A stretch of 64,000 bases of DNA from the human T2T-CHM13v2.0 reference genome, Homo sapiens, in NCBI RefSeq assembly GCF_009914755.1, contig NC_060930.1. One strand, written 5' to 3'. This document shows, piece after piece, positions 59,007 to 64,000 of the stretch (its first letter is position 1; every line of letters starts with the position of its first letter). A program made the position numbers and the translations under genes. Below the pieces are notes generated by a model. The model ran no database searches. It saw only the letters and a program-made list of their open reading frames with translations, and was not told where the DNA came from.

Positions 59007-59315
59007 GCCAGGTGCAGTAACTCATGCCTGTAATCCCAGCACTTTGGGAGGCTGAGGCCGGCAGATCACTTGAGGTCAGGAGTTCAAGACCAGCCTGGCA
59101 AATATGGTGAAACCCTATCCCTACTAAAAGTATAAAAATCAGCCGGGCATGGTGGCACACGCCTGTAGTCCCAGCTACTCGGGAGGCTGCAGCAGGAGAA
59201 TTGCTTGGACTAGGGAGGCGGAGGTTGCAGGGAGCCAAGATCGCTCCACTGCACTACAGCCTGGGCATCACAGCGAGACTCCATTTCAAAAACAAAAAAA
59301 AACAACAAAAAAAAA
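59007..59315 (+). mobile_element. AluS
   Basis: Full dimer; TSD-like aaaagttgaa on both sides. Confidence 0.92.
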
Positions 59316-59972
59316 GTTGAAGTATTTTAAGAACTATTTAAAGTACTTGAAACTAAACATATGTAGAAATAATCACCATTTTAGAATATTTAAATCCAAT
59401 TACTTTGTCCAGATTTGCTATGAACCATCTATTAGAAGTTATTCTTTTATACAGTTCAAATACACAATATGGTATAGATTATATACTGATACATAATCAC
59501 CTTGAAAATAATATTGTCTTTCACAACTTTAAGATCAACATTGTGGTGGAGAGTTAGAATTCTGACAGATCTCTAAAAAGAAAAGGCTAAATATCATAAA
59601 TTGCAAAAATTAATAAAGTTCCTTACACTGCCTTTGAGGAAAAAGAAGTTCTCTAAACCTAACTGTAGATGTTTAATAGCTACCCTAGACCACAGACTCA
59701 GAATTTTAGCTCTAACATACAAGTTTCAGTTTAAGGTTCAGATAATTTGTCAAATTCTTAAAATCCTTGTGTGTGATGAAACAAAATCTAAGACTAAATG
59801 TTCACACACCTTTGCCTTGCCCTGCAGTCTCATTTTGAAGCCTATTTTTATCACTGTATTGGATCTTTCCTACAATAATATAGTCGAATACATCTTTCCT
59901 CACAGATACTCGACTGATCAATTTGCATAACAACCTACAATGGATGCAGAGATTTGCAGTCAAAAAGACATG

Positions 59973-60111
59973 GGGCTGGATGTGGTGGCTCATGCATATA
60001 ATCCAAGCACTTGAAGGCTGAGGCAGGAGGATCACTTGAGCCCAGGAGGTTGAGACCAGCCTGAGAAACACAGTGAGACCCTATCTCTACCAAAAAAAAA
60101 AAAAAAAAAAA
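59973..60111 (+). mobile_element. FLAM-type Alu monomer with TSD
   Basis: Left-arm-only element with poly(A); aaagacatgg on both sides. Confidence 0.85.
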
Positions 60112-61605
60112 TTTAAAGACATGGCAGTTTACATATTAACAGTCCTATAACTTTAATTTGGCTTTCCTCAGGACATGCCAACTGTGAGAGGATGGGTTAA
60201 TCAGCCATCTCTAATGAATGGTGTCCTTTCCAGGTAGATTTCTTACACCTGGCTTATTGGTCACTGTCATGGTTGTGTTTGATAAGGAGTCTGCCCCCAT
60301 TAAAAGATTATCTTCCCCACCTCTGCACTCACAAGTTAGGCTTCTTGACTGTAACTGGACTACAGTCCATTCATTCAGGGCACACATACTCACCCCACCA
60401 AGTCACCTATTCCCATTGAAAGTTCTACAAGGCCAATCAGGATACAGAAATATAGCCTAGAGACACATACCAAGGACTCTAAGAAAGTTTGTTAGTTTTA
60501 TCTGTGATAATTAAACTTATTATCAGCTATTAAAACTATTGATTCTTGATTGTGTTTAAGAACAAAGTAATTACTAATATCTTTCTGTTTTACATATTAT
60601 CTAGCTATATTAACATTTCTATTTTAAATAGACTGCATTTTAGATGACAACTAACAACATCCTGCATTAGTTAATTTAGGTGACCAAAGCCGGTTCTTTC
60701 TATTTTAATTTCTCACCCTCGTCTTAGTTACCAGCACTGGCTCTGTAAGTGAGAAGCCACCCTCTTCATTTGCCAATCAGTTTGGTCTTATAGTCTGACT
60801 TTGTTAGCTGCAATGGCTCTTTTAAAAGAAAGCTCATCCCTGCTCTACTTACCAAAATACAATAATGTATTGTTTAAATCAAATAAGAATGCAGTAAGGA
60901 GACCACCATATACGCATGTCAGAAAACAAATTCGTAGCACTAAATTAAATCACACTCTTTCAAAAGACAGTTAATACACCTTTTGTAGAAAGCCCAGCTG
61001 CTTTCATTAACAGTCAGGCTGGTGTGCAATTTTACTTATATATATGCTCTGCCAAATAAACTGGCACAGAAAGAAAAAAATAGGAGAGTGTTAATATCCT
61101 ACAGAAGTAAAGATCAACTTCTTTTGTTGTCTTCTAGTTCATGAAGATAAAAGCAGAGGGGTCCTTGAAACTGTCGACACAGCTGAGTAGGCCAAGTAAA
61201 CAGATGCTGAACCATACTTATGGATTACTGTCATATACTAGTCCCCCACAATACCTATAATCAGTTTTTTCACTTCTTCAGATTCTTTCAATTTATGCTC
61301 TATCATTCTTGAAGTGAGGCAATCAAAACTGGATGCAGGTGTTCCATTTATAACTCCAACTTTTAAAAAACACTCCTGGTTTTCCAGTCTGCTGCTAAGC
61401 AACAGAATAACATTCTTACTGAGCTACCTATCATGCCCCACTTTCACCCCTGACTCCAGATTTTTTTTTTCCCCAAACAGAGAAAAGGTAAACAGGTTCA
61501 AACTTCTAAAACTAGTCCAGATTGTTTTAGTACGTGTGGGACTTATCTTAAAGACACTCTCATGCACTATGTTAAAAAACTTTTCTTATGCTATCCTATA
61601 CAAGG

Positions 61606-61989
61606 TGTATTAGTTTTCTAGGGCTGCTATAACAAAGTATCATAGACTAGGTAGTTTAACCATCAGAAATTTACTTGCTTACAATTCTGGAGGCTAGAAA
61701 TCTGAGATCTAGGTGTCAACAGAGTTGGTTTCCTCTAAGACTTCTCTTACTGGCTTGTAGCGGGTCATCTTCTTCCATTGTCTTCACATGGTCTTCCTTG
61801 TGTGTGTGTCCCCTAATCTCCTCTTCCTTAAGGACACCAGTCATATTGGATTAGGCTCTACCCTAATGACCTCATTTAACCTTAATTACCTCTTTAAAAA
61901 CCCTGTCTCAAATACAGTCACATTCTTAGGTACTGGGGGGTAGGACTTCAATGTACGAATTTCAGGGAGATACAATTCAGCCCATAACA
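61606..61989 (+). mobile_element. MLT1A-type MaLR solo LTR
   Basis: tgtattagttttctagggctgctataacaaag...caattcagcccataaca; TSD caagg/caagt. Confidence 0.85.
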
Positions 61990-62252
61990 CAAGTATTTGA
62001 AAGTACATTACAGATATATGCCCTTTTAGGGGCAAATTATGTCTTTCACTTATAATGCCCCAGGGGTAAAGGGTTATTATGTTTTCAACTTATATTCAAA
62101 TGGTTCACTAAAACAATTATGCATATAGTAGGGGAACCTGGGTGAAAATACATAAGAAATCATTTTTTTTTTCAATTTCTCTGTAAGTCGGAAATTATTT
62201 CAAAATAAAAGTTTTTTTCAAGTATTTAAAAATCAATTTAATGAGTCAGATT

Positions 62253-62535
62253 TATTTTATTTTTGAGACAGGGTCTTGCTCTGTCACTCAGGCTGGAGTG
62301 CAGTGGCACAATCACAGCTCACTGTAGCCTCGACCTCCTGGGCTCAAGTGATCCTCCCACCTCAGTCTCCTGAGTGGGACTACAGGGGCATGTCCAGCTA
62401 ATTTTTTAAATTTTCTGTAGAGATGGGGTCTTGCTATGTTGCTTAGGCTGGTCTTGAACTCCTGATCTCAAGTGATCCTTCTGCCTCAGCCTCCCAAAGT
62501 GCTGGGATTACAGGCATGAGCCCCTGAGCCCAGCT
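62253..62535 (-). mobile_element. AluJ
   Basis: Antisense Alu dimer; degenerate TSD aatgagtcagattt/aatgggctagattt. Confidence 0.88.
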
Positions 62536-64000
62536 GAATGGGCTAGATTTTTACAGCTCTACTTTCACGAAAATACATCATCATGTATGGTTAAAGAAGT
62601 ACTTGCAATCAATGCTTTATCGTACCTAATAAGAATCTTATGAAAAGAAAAGAACCAAAAAGACTGAACTTAAGTCCTTTAAATCATTATAATACCTAAT
62701 TATTTCCATGCCACGGATGGTAGAAGAAACTAAGCACAACTAAAGTGTCCTCCCTGTCTAAATCCCCATCTGTTGCAGAAAGTGCTGTCTATTCAACTCT
62801 AAAAGATCCACCAAATTCAGGAGGAAAAAAAATTACCCTATTTACCAACCCATTTCACTAGTAATTCTGGGATTACACACTAAACAGGGCATAAATCTCA
62901 GCTCAAGAGTAATTTCTTCTAAAAAGGTTTCCCAACACAGATCACCCTCCAACTAAGGACAAGCCTGTGACAATGCGAGCATATATTTGGGCTTACTGTA
63001 TACCCGTCCATTCTGTCTTTTATTGATGTAATAGTATGTTGTTCTTTACTAAGCATGTATTTAATGCTCTGAGTCTAATGAAATTCAACAAATATATGCC
63101 ACTGACTCTGCACATAGCTTAGTTAGTGAATTTTCTTTGCTAAATTTATAAGACATTTGTTATTTCTCTGATGAAGTCATTTTTCATTGTAATCCTAAAC
63201 ACATCTAAAGAAAGAAAAAGATCTCATGAAATAAATTAAGAAACCAAGTTGAACTATATTTTACTATCTTATAAGGCTAAAAATTCTGAACAACCACTGA
63301 TGCAGGGAGGGACCCACATCAGCATACAAGACAATTCTGACCCTGCCACAGTTCTATTCTCCTGAGGTCTCATTCTTACTGAGTCATCAGGCCTGCTGCA
63401 TGCCTGGCTATGGCTAACGACTTAAGAATACATCACCTAGCTATCAACAACACATCATTTTACATGTCAAAATTATTTTGAGGATTATCTGTCTCAATGC
63501 TGCTCTCCATTACAGTATAAAATTGAGAGTAGGCCTATATAAACTACTTACTTAAAGCAGTTAATTATGTATTGATTCTACAAACTTTCACTTAAATGTT
63601 TCTAAATGTAATTTGAATAACAAATTGTGATTTATAAATTCAGAACAACTAAGACTTCAAACTAAGCTTGTTCATAGTAAAAAGACAAAAAATCCGTTTT
63701 CCTGCAGAAGATATTTATAAAACATAAACATAATAGTCTGTATTTTATCATGGATTATAATGTTGTATATGTTAGTTACTATGTTGTATCTCCTTACCAA
63801 CTACAAATTAGAAATAGTAAGTAGTAAAGAAAATCCTTGTTTTAGGTAAATAGCCAAGCTATCAGAATAACTACTATTCTATGCTTTTATATATGTTATA
63901 ATTTTAACTACAACACCAAGGCCACAAGACCTGAGTTCAAATCCTGACTCTATTGCTTGTGCCAGCAGGCAATTTATTAATCTTTTGAGACCATAATTTA

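Noticed and set aside
63792-63830. Minus-strand gtaagg donor near the right edge as another FBXL4 exon
   Set aside because: The preceding sequence does not read as LRR coding sequence; the next FBXL4 exon appears to lie outside the window.

Overview
Human (primate) genomic DNA that I recognise as the POU3F2 (BRN2) locus and the 3' part of the convergently transcribed FBXL4 gene. POU3F2 is a single-exon CDS at 3244-4575 (+, 443 aa) inside a large CpG island, with a long 3' UTR carrying several poly(A) signals. The extreme left probably holds the 5' end or promoter of the divergent lncRNA PNKY (from known locus organisation; not delimitable from sequence alone). About the first 15 kb has no recognisable interspersed repeats and contains extra CpG islands with AT-rich, homeobox-motif cores. 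From about 15 kb onward the window is repeat-rich: Alu, old and young L1, an ERV-L relic with dUTPase, MST/MLT LTRs, a Charlie1-type hAT transposon and its MITE. The last three coding exons of FBXL4 lie on the minus strand (48922-48993, 43784-44096, 42647-42810), followed by a 3' UTR of up to about 5.7 kb. I found no wholly new biological system. The most promising testable leads are: an out-of-frame uORF overlapping the POU3F2 start codon, positioned to favour re-initiation at Met27; a proximal POU3F2 poly(A) site that would remove both miR-204/211 seed sites; a possible intron-read-through, intronically polyadenylated FBXL4 isoform; a consensus splice donor 11 nt into the last FBXL4 exon; and a 40-bp direct repeat bracketing an in-frame FBXL4 exon. 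Repeat boundaries and subfamilies were judged by eye and are approximate.
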